A stretch of 64,000 nt of DNA from a virus (taxonomy: Duplodnaviria > Caudoviricetes). Made by a program: the position numbers and the translations under genes. Positions within the stretch are counted from its first letter, which is position 1; the number at the start of each line of letters is the position of its first letter. The notes beneath the pieces are model-generated. The model did no database searches. It saw only the letters and a program-made list of their open reading frames with translations, and was not told the origin of the DNA. The stretch is from IMG/VR virus record IMGVR_UViG_3300025137_005045; one strand, 5' to 3'. Positions 47,163 through 57,620 of this stretch are shown here, one piece after another.

Positions 47163-49214
47163 ATGCCTACAAAATTACTGACCAAGGTGTTAGTTTCACC
47201 CTGGACAGCTCTTATTACTCTCACGATCATATTGTACATAGGCGTTCAACAACCTCAATTCATTGAAAGTGTTAAGTTAAGATACTTTGATACCTTAATC
47301 ACAAGCCAACCAGAACAACAAACAACTATATCAACAGTTAACATTGACGAATCCGCATTAGAAAAATATGGACAATGGCCTTTTAGTCGTGATATCTACG
47401 CAGACATAATTAAGGACTTGTATGAACGTGGTGCTGGACTAGTGGTATTCAATGTGCTTATGCCTGAACAGGATAGACTGGGCAAAGATTCAGTGCTAGC
47501 TAAAACAATGGAAGAATATCCAGTTGTACTTCCGAACTATGGTAGTGATAAAACAAAGAATATGCCACGTAATCCCGGTGCTGTTTCGATAGGTGACCCT
47601 GAAGGCAAAGTAGTGGAGTATGATGGCATTGTGGCAAGTATACCTGAACTAGAAAATCTAGCTTACGGTACAGGTATCGTAACAACATTCCCTGAAGTAG
47701 ATGGCGTTACTCGTAGATTGCCAATGGTCATTAAGAGTGGAGACACACTATATCCAAGTATGGGTTTAGAAGTTCTACGTATACTAGCAGGTGATCCTAG
47801 TTTCCAGATTAAATTCTCAGACATAGGTATTGATAAGTTACGTGTACCACAGTTTGGTATTTTATCAACAGACCCTATTGGGCGTGTATGGATTGATTAT
47901 CAGCAACGAGCTCAAGCATACAGTTTAACTGAACTTCCAAATACATTTGACAGTGGAATAGTTATTGTGGGTACGAGTGCTCCGGGTATTAGTAATCCAA
48001 TATCAACCAGTCGTGGCGAAGTATGGCCGCAAGATATGCAGGCCTCAGTGATAGCTACACTAGCAAGTGGTATCAATATCCAACGTCCAGACTGGGCATC
48101 GGGTAGCGAACTACTTGCTCTGGTAGTTTTAAGTATTATATTACTGTTTTTAACACGTTGGGTATATGTGGGCTTAGGAGTAGGAATAGTAGCACTAGCG
48201 GCGATTGTGCCGGTCACACAGTACCTTTATGCAACATATTTGTTCTTGTTTGATGCTACATTAATGTTAGGTGGATTAACAATTATACTGCTACATGCTT
48301 ACGGTGTTAAGTTTGTTTCAGAGTTCTTACAGAAGCAGGCAATCAAGAAACAGTTTGCTGGTTATGCGTCGCCGACGGTGGTTAAACTGCTACAAGAAAA
48401 TCCAGCATTAATTAAAGATGGTATGAAGCGGGAGATTTCAATTTGCTTTTCAGACTTACGTGGATTTACACCCTTAGGTGAAAGTTTTGGTGATGACGTA
48501 AAAGGGCTTACACAAATTATGAATAGCTATATGGATGCCATTACACAACCTATTCTGGATAGTAACGGTATGGTTATCAAGTATATTGGTGATGCTAGTA
48601 TGCACGTACATAATGCTCCCAAAGATGATCCTAATCATGCTAAAAGTGCTGTTCAAACAGGACTTAACATGATTGAAGCTGTTAGAAAGTTCAATGATAA
48701 AATTGTAGCCAAAGGCCGTCCACCGATAGGTATGGGTGCTGGCATCAACACCGGACTTGGATATCTAGGAGAAATGGGCTCAACAGCAAGACATAGTTAT
48801 GATGTACTAGGTGATGCTGTATCAACAGCGGCACGTATTGAAAGCAAGTGTAAAGAATACGGATGTTTATTATTGGTAGGTGAAGCCACTTACGATAAAA
48901 CCAAGGATGACTTCTTTTATCTGCAGGTAGACGAACTAGCAGTCAAAGGTAAAACAGTCGGCATTAGAATATACACAGTTTTAGATACTCCATTCAATGC
49001 GTATTACAATAGTCGAAAAAAACATCAAGAAATGTATGCATCATATCAAGCACAAGAGTTTGATAAAGCAATTAAAATGTGTCAAAATTTAAAGTCACAC
49101 TTTGAAGGACAAATGACTAGCTATTACGACATGTGGATTGAACGTTGCGAGTATATGCTAACACAAGATTTGCCTAAAGATTGGAACGGAGTCTTTATAG
49201 CAACTACCAAATAA
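47163..49214 (+). CDS. CHASE2-domain class III adenylate/guanylate cyclase
   Basis: CHASE2 (VNIDESALEKYGQWPFSR, PEVDGVTRR), three TM helices, cyclase motifs FSDLRGFT, IKYIGD, GINTG, YDVLGDAVSTAARIE. Confidence 0.95.
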   Translation: MPTKLLTKVLVSPWTALITLTIILYIGVQQPQFIESVKLRYFDTLITSQPEQQTTISTVNIDESALEKYGQWPFSRDIYADIIKDLYERGAGLVVFNVLMPEQDRLGKDSVLAKTMEEYPVVLPNYGSDKTKNMPRNPGAVSIGDPEGKVVEYDGIVASIPELENLAYGTGIVTTFPEVDGVTRRLPMVIKSGDTLYPSMGLEVLRILAGDPSFQIKFSDIGIDKLRVPQFGILSTDPIGRVWIDYQQRAQAYSLTELPNTFDSGIVIVGTSAPGISNPISTSRGEVWPQDMQASVIATLASGINIQRPDWASGSELLALVVLSIILLFLTRWVYVGLGVGIVALAAIVPVTQYLYATYLFLFDATLMLGGLTIILLHAYGVKFVSEFLQKQAIKKQFAGYASPTVVKLLQENPALIKDGMKREISICFSDLRGFTPLGESFGDDVKGLTQIMNSYMDAITQPILDSNGMVIKYIGDASMHVHNAPKDDPNHAKSAVQTGLNMIEAVRKFNDKIVAKGRPPIGMGAGINTGLGYLGEMGSTARHSYDVLGDAVSTAARIESKCKEYGCLLLVGEATYDKTKDDFFYLQVDELAVKGKTVGIRIYTVLDTPFNAYYNSRKKHQEMYASYQAQEFDKAIKMCQNLKSHFEGQMTSYYDMWIERCEYMLTQDLPKDWNGVFIATTK

Positions 49215-49295
49215 AATAGTTACATTTATGTAACATATTGTTTTATATAAATAATAATAGTGGACAACTATACTAATGCCCACAAGGAGCATTAA

Positions 49296-49646
49296 ATGTT
49301 TAAGTCACTATTATTAATAATATTATTACTATTCACTGTCTCAGCAATTGCTGACAGTTCTAAAGTCTGTGTTCGAAATCAAGCCGGAGGCTTAATCGTA
49401 TTGACACAAGAAGCATGTCAAATTCCAATTGTCTCAAATAGTTTCCCATTTTACGGTTATGCTACTGAAGCTAACGGAACATTTCACGAAGGATGTTTTA
49501 ATATTCCTAAAATCGACGATGCTCAACAATCACCAGGTGTAAGAATTGTTCCTGTTGTAAACTTCATTGATGGAAATGACGGGGAAATAATTACATTTGA
49601 AGCTGAAGTGTTTAGGGCGGAATCTTGCCCAGTTTCATCTATTTAA
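49296..49646 (+). CDS. Secreted hypothetical protein
   Basis: Signal peptide AIA-D, four Cys, AGGAG SD, late box. Confidence 0.65.
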   Translation: MFKSLLLIILLLFTVSAIADSSKVCVRNQAGGLIVLTQEACQIPIVSNSFPFYGYATEANGTFHEGCFNIPKIDDAQQSPGVRIVPVVNFIDGNDGEIITFEAEVFRAESCPVSSI

Positions 49647-49694
49647 TGATCACAAGAAATTTAAAGTCAATGATTCCAAACAGTAAATATCATT

Positions 49695-49871
49695 ATGAAT
49701 AAAAAATATCAAGAATGGTCAAGAAATAATACTATAGGTTGGGTATCTAAAGAACCAATTACAGGAAAATTTGCTAGTGATCCTTGGGAAGGACAGTTCG
49801 GCTATAACAATGTTGGAGAATATGTTCAATACCGAAATGGTATCTGGACTAAAGTAAAAACATACAATTAG
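49695..49871 (+). CDS. Small hypothetical protein (58 aa, not in track)
   Basis: TAAATA at 49684; convergent with minus-strand block. Confidence 0.4.
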   Translation: MNKKYQEWSRNNTIGWVSKEPITGKFASDPWEGQFGYNNVGEYVQYRNGIWTKVKTYN

Positions 49872-50125
49872 CGTGTTTTTGTAGAAGCAATACTGTCTAT
49901 ATGTTTTTGTACATGATCAACAAGAGCATTAAGCTCATCAATTAAGCCCTGATCCATATAAGATCTGACTATCTGAGCTAACATTAATCCATTAAACTCA
50001 CTTAGTGAAATTTCATGATTGTCAATGAAGTCCATGGTTATCTCAGTAAGATCCTCTGCCATTTCTTCAACTTCGATCTGACTTAAATCGTCAAAGGATG
50101 GTTCTATATCGTCATCGTTTATCAT
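49868..50125 (-). CDS. Acidic hypothetical protein
   Basis: 85 aa, coupled to upstream minus gene. Confidence 0.55.
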   Translation of the reverse strand: MINDDDIEPSFDDLSQIEVEEMAEDLTEITMDFIDNHEISLSEFNGLMLAQIVRSYMDQGLIDELNALVDHVQKHIDSIASTKTR

Positions 50126-50439
50126 TAGTCTTCCTTTTTCTTTTCTTTTTTAATACTATCTTGTTTAATTGCTTCGTCGATAATTTCTTGTTTGTTTTCT
50201 TCTGATATTTCTTTACCACGAAGTTGAAGAACTGTATTTAATTTTTGGTTCAGCCTAATTAGATCATTATCTAACATACGAATACGATCAATTAATGCAA
50301 TTAAAGTTTTTTGTGCGTCACTTAGAATAGGTTTAACTTCTCGAGTAGCCCATATCCAAATATAATAGACAAAGTAACCTAAACCACATGCGGCCACTAT
50401 TGGGAATCCGTACTTTGAAATTAAATCTGCTATATCCAT
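50125..50439 (-). CDS. YvrJ-like single-TM protein
   Basis: MDIADLISKYGFPIV + TM + coiled coil. Confidence 0.6.
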   Translation of the reverse strand: MDIADLISKYGFPIVAACGLGYFVYYIWIWATREVKPILSDAQKTLIALIDRIRMLDNDLIRLNQKLNTVLQLRGKEISEENKQEIIDEAIKQDSIKKEKKKED

Positions 50440-50568
50440 GCTAATACTTATTCAGAGTTTTTGGGTGTGATTATTATTTCAGCATTACCCAATTGACATA
50501 CCATTCTAAACTTATTGCCCACAGTTGTATCGTAACAATGCTAACAACTATTAGTATAAGAAATTTTT

Positions 50569-50682
50569 TCATTCGTCTTCAAATTTTTCTTCTTCAAAAG
50601 GTTTTACAAAGAATACAACAAAAATTATAAACAATAGGGTAACAATAGGAGCGGCAAATAATACCCATAACTCCCAAGACAT
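50569..50682 (-). CDS. Small TM peptide (37 aa)
   Basis: MSWELWVLFAAPIVTLLFIIFVVFFVKPF...; starts right after DUF1353 stop. Confidence 0.45.
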   Translation of the reverse strand: MSWELWVLFAAPIVTLLFIIFVVFFVKPFEEEKFEDE

Positions 50683-50683
50683 T

Positions 50684-51151
50684 TTACTTATCTGCGTCGG
50701 TAGGTTTAATTGAAGACTTTCCAAACCACTTAACAGCATTATAACATGCCCATTTCTTCCAAGCTGGTATTGCTGGTTCAGCATCATTCATTGCATCTCT
50801 AAAGACTCTGTCTGATGTTTTCTTAGCTTCAAATGCAGTAGCATCATCACCGTTATGATAGCGGAATTTTCTAATTTTAGCATAAAGAACATCATGTATA
50901 ACAGCGGCTCTGGCACAATCAAAAGGTGCTATAAAAAACCATGCAACTCTCGGTACTGATGCCATATCTGTTTTTAATCCTGCTGGTGCAGTAATCTTAC
51001 AACTACGACCATCAATTGGTGCCTTTACTGCTTTAAGTGTTCCAACTTCATGATCAGTTAGATGATCATCTTCATACACTAGCTTGGTATTCAATACCCA
51101 TTGTCTTGGTGGATGGTATTTTGCGTCCATTAATCCGTTGAACTTACTCAT
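50684..51151 (-). CDS. DUF1353-family protein
   Basis: ITAPAGLKTDMASVPR, AAVIHDVLY, SDRVFRDAM, YNAVKWFG. Confidence 0.85.
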   Translation of the reverse strand: MSKFNGLMDAKYHPPRQWVLNTKLVYEDDHLTDHEVGTLKAVKAPIDGRSCKITAPAGLKTDMASVPRVAWFFIAPFDCARAAVIHDVLYAKIRKFRYHNGDDATAFEAKKTSDRVFRDAMNDAEPAIPAWKKWACYNAVKWFGKSSIKPTDADK

Positions 51152-51181
51152 TTTATTGCTCCTATTTTTTATGTTTGTTTA

Positions 51182-51463
51182 TTAGTCCCGTCTCGCATCA
51201 TTCTTACCATCTGCACGAGCAATACGATCCAAGTCAGGTTTGACTCCTAATACAGATGACATTAACATGTCGATACGTATAACATCATGATTCATTGTTT
51301 TAACACGATTGTCGAGAGCTTTAATAATACCAGTAAGCCCTTTGATAGAACCCATGACACCACCTAATATAAATTTCATTGTAAGAAATACAAAATAGCC
51401 GCCGACCAAAGCGGCCATTATTGGAAAGCCAACTTCGGCTACTAGTTTAAAAATTTCGTCCAA
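51182..51463 (-). CDS. YvrJ-like single-TM protein (paralogue of 50125-50439)
   Basis: MDEIFKLVAEVGFPIM + TM; IKALDNRVKTMNHDVIR resembles LIALIDRIRMLDNDLIR. Confidence 0.6.
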   Translation of the reverse strand: MDEIFKLVAEVGFPIMAALVGGYFVFLTMKFILGGVMGSIKGLTGIIKALDNRVKTMNHDVIRIDMLMSSVLGVKPDLDRIARADGKNDARRD

Positions 51464-51565
51464 TTCAGAACCCCCGTTCAGTGGTCTTGTTTATTATATG
51501 CGTATTTAACCAATACATTCAGCTACTTAATATACGTATTTAATTATTAACAAAATTTGAAAAGT

Positions 51566-52753
51566 TTAGGAAGTAAGAAGTTTTCTAGTAGTAGAATAAT
51601 CTATTTCTGAATCATCATATTCAATATCCTTAAATAATTTTTTAGTATTATCTAACAATTCGTCTGTAATGATTTCTTTAAACTTGCCATAGAAGTGATG
51701 GAAGTTATGCTCAATGATAGGTTTACATTTACGTTGTACCTCAATTTTCTCAGATTCTGATAGGTCACAATACCATTTGATTTGAGATACCACTGCGTTA
51801 ATTCGATCGTCATTATTCTTAATAGAGTCATAACTCTCGTCTATGATGCCTGTAAATGTTTTAAAACCATACGAACGTAAGTACTCCAAGTTGCCCGGGG
51901 CGGCTAGTAACATAAAAGGCTGTTTACTTACAATAGGTTTAAATATTTTTTCTGTCAGATGTAGCTTGTCGTAATAGAATATAGTTTCTGTAACTATATG
52001 CCAAAAGGCATCTACGTCAGCTATGTCTGCTGATGCTGAGCCAGGAATCTGATCATTATCTATAATCAATTTATATTCATTTACAGGATTATCTGATGGA
52101 TTGGTACTTACTCCGTAACTTACAGCACCTTGATCTAATAAATTCTTTTTTCTAAGTTGTTCAACGAATGTTTGACGATAAGCCCTATCGCCGGTAACTA
52201 TTCTATTAAAACTTACAAAATTATATTTGTAGTCTTTAACTATATCTTTAGTATAATTTAGTGCATGAAATCCTCGAAACCAATCCAATGCCGCAAAGCC
52301 GTGAAAGAAATAGTATAATCCTTTCATGTTGTATTTTTCTAAATATGAATTAATCGTTTGAGATTTTTCACTGGTAGCAATTATGTTGGGTTCTTTATAT
52401 AATCTATTAGGGTCGGCTAAATTTAATAGATGAATTTCGGGATCAGGTGCATTGTGCCATAGGCCTAACTCTTTATTATGTAATTGTATTTGTAGTAGTT
52501 CTTCCACACTATGCCCAGTTGGAAATCGAAAAATATTAATATAGTTATCACTGATATTTTCTAAGAGAGGTTCTTGATCATAGAATAAAATTTTAAATTT
52601 ATTATCATAAGAATTCTCTATCTCGGTAAGGCAGTCCAAACTAAGCTCGCTGACTGGTCCTTCTATGGCAACTCCGTCAGGCAAATGCACACAGTCAAAA
52701 TCCTTAAAGATTCCCTGATAAAAGAATTTGTATATATGTTCAATTTGGAGCAT
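51566..52753 (-). CDS. Conserved phage protein, glycosyltransferase-like C-terminus
   Basis: FVSFNR...R, IVTET...LTEKIFKPI...PFMLL...LEYLRSYGFKTF...IDESYD motif common in aquatic phages. Confidence 0.6.
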   Translation of the reverse strand: MLQIEHIYKFFYQGIFKDFDCVHLPDGVAIEGPVSELSLDCLTEIENSYDNKFKILFYDQEPLLENISDNYINIFRFPTGHSVEELLQIQLHNKELGLWHNAPDPEIHLLNLADPNRLYKEPNIIATSEKSQTINSYLEKYNMKGLYYFFHGFAALDWFRGFHALNYTKDIVKDYKYNFVSFNRIVTGDRAYRQTFVEQLRKKNLLDQGAVSYGVSTNPSDNPVNEYKLIIDNDQIPGSASADIADVDAFWHIVTETIFYYDKLHLTEKIFKPIVSKQPFMLLAAPGNLEYLRSYGFKTFTGIIDESYDSIKNNDDRINAVVSQIKWYCDLSESEKIEVQRKCKPIIEHNFHHFYGKFKEIITDELLDNTKKLFKDIEYDDSEIDYSTTRKLLTS

Positions 52754-52842
52754 AATGATATTTACTTAAATTAATTTAGACCGTATAATAAAACAATGAT
52801 AAGTACAAGATAATTATAGTAGTATATTAAAGGATATCACAT

Positions 52843-54075
52843 ATGAACATTGGATTCATTGGGCTAGGCAAACTAGGACTAGATTGTGCAGAAGTAATGG
52901 CAGAAAAGCATAATGTGAGAGGATACGACGTAGAACCTAGAACTAGCCATTCAGTTGCAGTAACAACTCCTGAGAATACAATTAATCAATCAGATTGGTT
53001 GTTTATTGCAGTACCCACTCCACATCAAGAAGGATATGATGGGTCAGTACCATCAAGTCATATGGAACCTAAGGACTTTGGTCATGAATATGTATATGAT
53101 GCCATTGACAACATCAACAGATACGCTAAAGAAAGCAAAAAAGTTGTGCTAATATCAACAGTATTACCTGGAACAACACGCAAACATTTTATTACCAGAT
53201 TAGATAGCAAGCATCAGTTTTTATACAACCCTTATTTGATTGCTATGGGTTCAGTTAAGTGGGATATGGTGAATCCAGAGATGGTTATGATTGGCACTGA
53301 GGATGGCAATCCTAACGCACTAGCAAAAGAACTAATTGATATATACCAGACAATAATGGAAAACGATCCACGTTACGAAATAGGCACGTGGGATGAATGT
53401 GAAGCAATTAAAATATTTTATAACACCTTTATTTCAGCCAAGGTTGGCTTGGCTAACATGGTACAGGACTTTGCTATGAAGATAGGGCATATTGACGTAG
53501 ACGTTGTTACAAATGCTCTGGCTAAGTCAGACATGCGTATTATGGGACCTAAATATATGACAGCAGGTATGGGAGATGCTGGTGCTTGCCACCCGAGAGA
53601 TAATATTGCACTTAGATGGCTAGCACAGGAGTATGAAGTTGGCTATGACATGTTTGACACTATCATGAGTGCTAGAGAAGTACAAGCTAAAAACTTAGCC
53701 AAATATCTGGTAGATGCGGCCAAACAAAATTTGATTGACGGTCCTATCGTTATACATGGTAAAGCATATAAGCCAGATGTGGAATACTGTATTGGATCCT
53801 ATTCAACTCTGGTAGGATTTTATGTTAAAGAACTTGGATCTGAGGTTGTTTACATTGATCCGTTAGCAGATGACAAAACCGAATGTGTTGATAATGCTGA
53901 GCGTGCTGTTGTATTGATGGCCCACAACAGACAGATCACATATGGTTATACCGGCGAGCAAGAAAAACAAAACTTTTACTTTGATATTAAACCTGGATCA
54001 ATAGTTGTTGATCCTTGGAGACAACTTGAATCTACCGACGCTTACGAAGTTTTACACTACGGAAACACACGATAA
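52843..54075 (+). CDS. UDP-glucose/GDP-mannose dehydrogenase family
   Basis: GFIGLGKLG, YNPYLI, GDAGACHPRD, GKAYKP. Confidence 0.9.
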   Translation: MNIGFIGLGKLGLDCAEVMAEKHNVRGYDVEPRTSHSVAVTTPENTINQSDWLFIAVPTPHQEGYDGSVPSSHMEPKDFGHEYVYDAIDNINRYAKESKKVVLISTVLPGTTRKHFITRLDSKHQFLYNPYLIAMGSVKWDMVNPEMVMIGTEDGNPNALAKELIDIYQTIMENDPRYEIGTWDECEAIKIFYNTFISAKVGLANMVQDFAMKIGHIDVDVVTNALAKSDMRIMGPKYMTAGMGDAGACHPRDNIALRWLAQEYEVGYDMFDTIMSAREVQAKNLAKYLVDAAKQNLIDGPIVIHGKAYKPDVEYCIGSYSTLVGFYVKELGSEVVYIDPLADDKTECVDNAERAVVLMAHNRQITYGYTGEQEKQNFYFDIKPGSIVVDPWRQLESTDAYEVLHYGNTR

Positions 54076-54574
54076 CTGGGCATCTGGTTATACTGATCCG
54101 TTATGGGCGTTAAGCCATAGAGATCTTAAGTATACCAATTATCCGTTTAACGATCAAGATACCCTAGCACAATGGCAAGAACATGGACTTGATTTTAATA
54201 ACTATACAGGTGATCTAATTAATCATAATAAATGTCCTGACTGGGCAAGAGGTCTAGCCAATGGAATAGGATTAGATAATATTGGTGTTAGTTTATATAA
54301 GATGGCTCCTGGTCGTGTTCTTCCAGGGCACATAGACACTTATCGAGCTTACAAAAAAATACTTGATATTGATCACGATCGTATATTTCGTATTTTGGTC
54401 TTCCTAGAAGATTGGGCTAGTGGACATATACTAGAAGTTGACAAGCAATTGGTACCAAATTGGCAAGCAGGAGATTGGATAGGATGGAGAGGTGACACAC
54501 ATCACCTAGCGGGTAATTTAGGAACAACAGATAGATACACACTACAGATAACAGGAACATATGAGCCAGAATAA
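54005..54574 (+). CDS. 2OG-Fe(II) oxygenase / cupin-like hydroxylase (start uncertain)
   Basis: PGRVLPGHIDTY (HxD), HLAGN (distal His), RYTLQITG. Confidence 0.7.
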   Translation: MLILGDNLNLPTLTKFYTTETHDNWASGYTDPLWALSHRDLKYTNYPFNDQDTLAQWQEHGLDFNNYTGDLINHNKCPDWARGLANGIGLDNIGVSLYKMAPGRVLPGHIDTYRAYKKILDIDHDRIFRILVFLEDWASGHILEVDKQLVPNWQAGDWIGWRGDTHHLAGNLGTTDRYTLQITGTYEPE

Positions 54575-54743
54575 AATTAGTCAAGACCTAAGTACACAAC
54601 GTATTGCAATAAGCACTGACGGTATTGAAATAGATAGTAGTCAAGGTAATCTTGTATCTGAAGCATTATTACTTGGTACTATTGTTATTGTGGTAGCTAT
54701 TTTATATGTAGGAAAGAAATGGATAGATAGGAAGTTTAAATAA
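54561..54743 (+). CDS. Small TM protein
   Basis: 60 aa, one C-terminal TM. Confidence 0.45.
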   Translation: MSQNKISQDLSTQRIAISTDGIEIDSSQGNLVSEALLLGTIVIVVAILYVGKKWIDRKFK

Positions 54744-54745
54744 CA

Positions 54746-55669
54746 GTGAAAATACAATCATCAGATGAATACTCACAGTTACAATCAGTCATTGTAGGAA
54801 CTGCTGAAAATGCTAACTGGCCGACCCAAGACAAAGCGTTCCGTGATATGGAACGTTCTACTCGTTGGAAAAATACTCCAGTACCAAGCGGACCTGTTCC
54901 TCAATTTATAATTGATCAAGCTGAAAAAGAGCTGAATGAAATGTGTAACATGTTAATACAACATAACGTTGATGTTCACAGACCCAATTGGTTTGATTAT
55001 CAGAGGCAAGATAGCATGTACGGTTACTGTCCGAGAGATAGACTGTTAGTAATTGATGATAAGATAGTTAATTGCAACATGCGTTTTCCTGTTAGACAGC
55101 ACGAAATAGACACATACGATTTCTTACCACACGAAAACATTATTACAGTAGATAAACCAGAGGCAGTATTTGATGCGGCTAACGTATTACGACTAGGTGA
55201 TGATTTATTATATCTGGTAAGTGATTCAGGAAATCTTAAAGGCAGTGAATGGTTACAAGCAACATTCCCTAACAAGCGTGTGCATGTATTAGATAATATA
55301 TACCAAGGTGTACATATTGATTCAACTATTACTGCGTTAAACGATCATACTGTGGTGTTAAACGGTGGACGCATAAATGAAACTAACTTGCCCGAATTAT
55401 TTAAAGACTGGGACTGCATATATTTTAATTCGCAAGATGTTAAACCTGCAGGGTTCTACAAGTATCCTTACGCATCAAAATGGATGGCACTAAATATGTT
55501 TTCGATTGATCCAACAACAGTTATGGTAGATAGAGATCAGGACACAATAATTAATGAACTAGAAAAGAAAAACTTTACAGTGATTCCGTTAAAACTGAGT
55601 CATGCAAGAACACTAGGCGGTGGGTTCCACTGCTGTACATTAGATTTATGGAGAAGCAACGATGCTTGA
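54746..55669 (+). CDS. Amidinotransferase (glycine/inosamine type)
   Basis: YCPRD, FDAANV, HIDST, TLGGGFHCCTLDL catalytic Cys. Confidence 0.9.
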   Translation: MKIQSSDEYSQLQSVIVGTAENANWPTQDKAFRDMERSTRWKNTPVPSGPVPQFIIDQAEKELNEMCNMLIQHNVDVHRPNWFDYQRQDSMYGYCPRDRLLVIDDKIVNCNMRFPVRQHEIDTYDFLPHENIITVDKPEAVFDAANVLRLGDDLLYLVSDSGNLKGSEWLQATFPNKRVHVLDNIYQGVHIDSTITALNDHTVVLNGGRINETNLPELFKDWDCIYFNSQDVKPAGFYKYPYASKWMALNMFSIDPTTVMVDRDQDTIINELEKKNFTVIPLKLSHARTLGGGFHCCTLDLWRSNDA

Positions 55670-56918
55670 TCAAAAAGCAATAACAGAAGTAATAGAAGAG
55701 CAGATACATATCAAGGTTCAAGAAGAAATGGAACTGCTACTTAAAGATAATTCATGGAGCACAGTTGTTGAAGAACATCTAAAACGTTTTGCACAAGATA
55801 GAGTAGCCGCAAAATTTGCTAGTGCAGAGTATCTACCTACAATATTAAAAACCATTGATGAGTCAGTTAAGAGATTGTTCGATGATGGAAAAATAGACGA
55901 CTTTATTGGACTGGTCGACGAACACAAGTTAAATCAATTAGTTGATGATAAAGTATCGCCGATTATCGACGAATATATTGAAAAACAGTTTGGGGATCCA
56001 GACTGGCTGACTAAAATACAATCAATTAGTAATCACTCAGCGATGGTCCGTGCAGAAAAAGAACTAGCTAAGTTAGATATTGACAGTAAGATAAGTCAAA
56101 TGATAGATGTAAAACTTGATAATAAAATTAAAAGTATTGAAGATAAAGCAACTAGTCCGCAGTTAACTATATTAGATGATATTGTTGTTAACGAACACGA
56201 ATTTGTAACTGATAGCATCACCGTGATTTCAGATGCTACTATTAATAAAAGTCTTACTGTCAATGACTTAATTATTCGAGGTCGAGTCAACACAGACAAC
56301 TCTAGTTGGTCGGAGTTGAGTAACAAGATCAAAGAAGAAACTGTTGATAGCGTAAGAGATGATCTGACAGACATTATCACAAACAGTGTACTAACCACTG
56401 TTCAAAAGAAAGGTATTCAACTTAAAGATATTAAAATAGGTAAAGAAAAGTTGATCGACGATGGCATGTTATCTAGTGCAATTACTAAAAGTAGTTTAGA
56501 ACGAGTAGGATTACTACAAGGATTAACAGTGATTGGATCTACATCATTAAATGAAACTGTGACAGTTAGTCGAGGCAAATTAGGAATTAATACAGACACT
56601 CCTTCTTCTGCACTAGACATATGGGATGGAGAGGTACAAATTACATTAGGTAAAAAACAAAAAGATACCGGATATATCGGCTTGAATCGAAAAGGAACCT
56701 TAGAGATCGGAACAGATAACAATGCTATTACGATTGATCCAGAAGGTAAAACCAAAATCAATAAGTTAATGATTGGACGTAATAACATTAGTTGGAGTAG
56801 CGAACTACCAGGGTTTTCTGGACAAAAAGGTGATATTGTATTTAATATGGATCCAGATACAAACAATGAGATAGGCTGGCAGTGCCTAGGACAATTCCTT
56901 TGGAGGAAAATTAGTTAA
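55662..56918 (+). CDS. Hypothetical phage protein, possibly structural
   Basis: Helical N-half; beta-rich C-half with GINTDTP and KGDIVFNMDP...GWQC fibre-like motifs. Confidence 0.5.
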   Translation: MLDQKAITEVIEEQIHIKVQEEMELLLKDNSWSTVVEEHLKRFAQDRVAAKFASAEYLPTILKTIDESVKRLFDDGKIDDFIGLVDEHKLNQLVDDKVSPIIDEYIEKQFGDPDWLTKIQSISNHSAMVRAEKELAKLDIDSKISQMIDVKLDNKIKSIEDKATSPQLTILDDIVVNEHEFVTDSITVISDATINKSLTVNDLIIRGRVNTDNSSWSELSNKIKEETVDSVRDDLTDIITNSVLTTVQKKGIQLKDIKIGKEKLIDDGMLSSAITKSSLERVGLLQGLTVIGSTSLNETVTVSRGKLGINTDTPSSALDIWDGEVQITLGKKQKDTGYIGLNRKGTLEIGTDNNAITIDPEGKTKINKLMIGRNNISWSSELPGFSGQKGDIVFNMDPDTNNEIGWQCLGQFLWRKIS

Positions 56919-57478
56919 TGGAATATTGTTGGCTAGCTCAAAAAGACTATGATCCTGATACCACTATTGGTACAGATAAAATGAAAGATGTTGCTAGCAT
57001 ATGGGGTAGCTGGAAAAGTCATAGACAGTGTCAAACTGATAATTGTGTAGTTGATGATTTTAAAGATGCAAACAGTTTAATTAAAAGAAATTTTAACTTT
57101 GAAACTAACCTATGGACACATGAAGAAAACTTTGTTAACTTAGGTCGACCTGACGCACTAAGTCTACACAAAATAGGAATTGATAACGATTTACAGGACC
57201 GTGATGATCTTGTAGCAATGGCACTGGCAGGAGCCCGTTACGATCTGGTGATAGCAGTAGGATTTGATCTCAGTTACAATACCAAATTAACAGATAAATT
57301 AGAAATAAACAATCACAAACGTTATCTCTCAGCAGTAGCAAATATAATCAAAGGCTTCTCAACAACTCAGTTTGTTTTCATAGACTTACCTTTAGAAGCA
57401 ACCCAAAACTTTTCTAAATTAGAAAATTTCACTTGCGATAATATACAAAATGTGTTAACATTAGTATCTGAACTTTAA
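56918..57478 (+). CDS. Hypothetical phage protein
   Basis: 186 aa, TAATG coupling. Confidence 0.6.
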   Translation: MEYCWLAQKDYDPDTTIGTDKMKDVASIWGSWKSHRQCQTDNCVVDDFKDANSLIKRNFNFETNLWTHEENFVNLGRPDALSLHKIGIDNDLQDRDDLVAMALAGARYDLVIAVGFDLSYNTKLTDKLEINNHKRYLSAVANIIKGFSTTQFVFIDLPLEATQNFSKLENFTCDNIQNVLTLVSEL

Positions 57479-57495
57479 TAACAAAAGGATACATT

Positions 57496-57603
57496 GTGAT
57501 TACTACAAAAGATTTCATACGTGGATTTGGAGTGAGTGTCTTACTTTTAATTTTATATGTGGTAGGATGGTTTATTAATAATCCTTGGTTACTTGGATTT
57601 TAA
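57496..57603 (+). CDS. Small TM peptide (35 aa, not in track)
   Basis: AAGGA SD, GTG start, hydrophobic core. Confidence 0.4.
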   Translation: MITTKDFIRGFGVSVLLLILYVVGWFINNPWLLGF

Positions 57604-57620
57604 TGATAGGTTGTTTTTGA

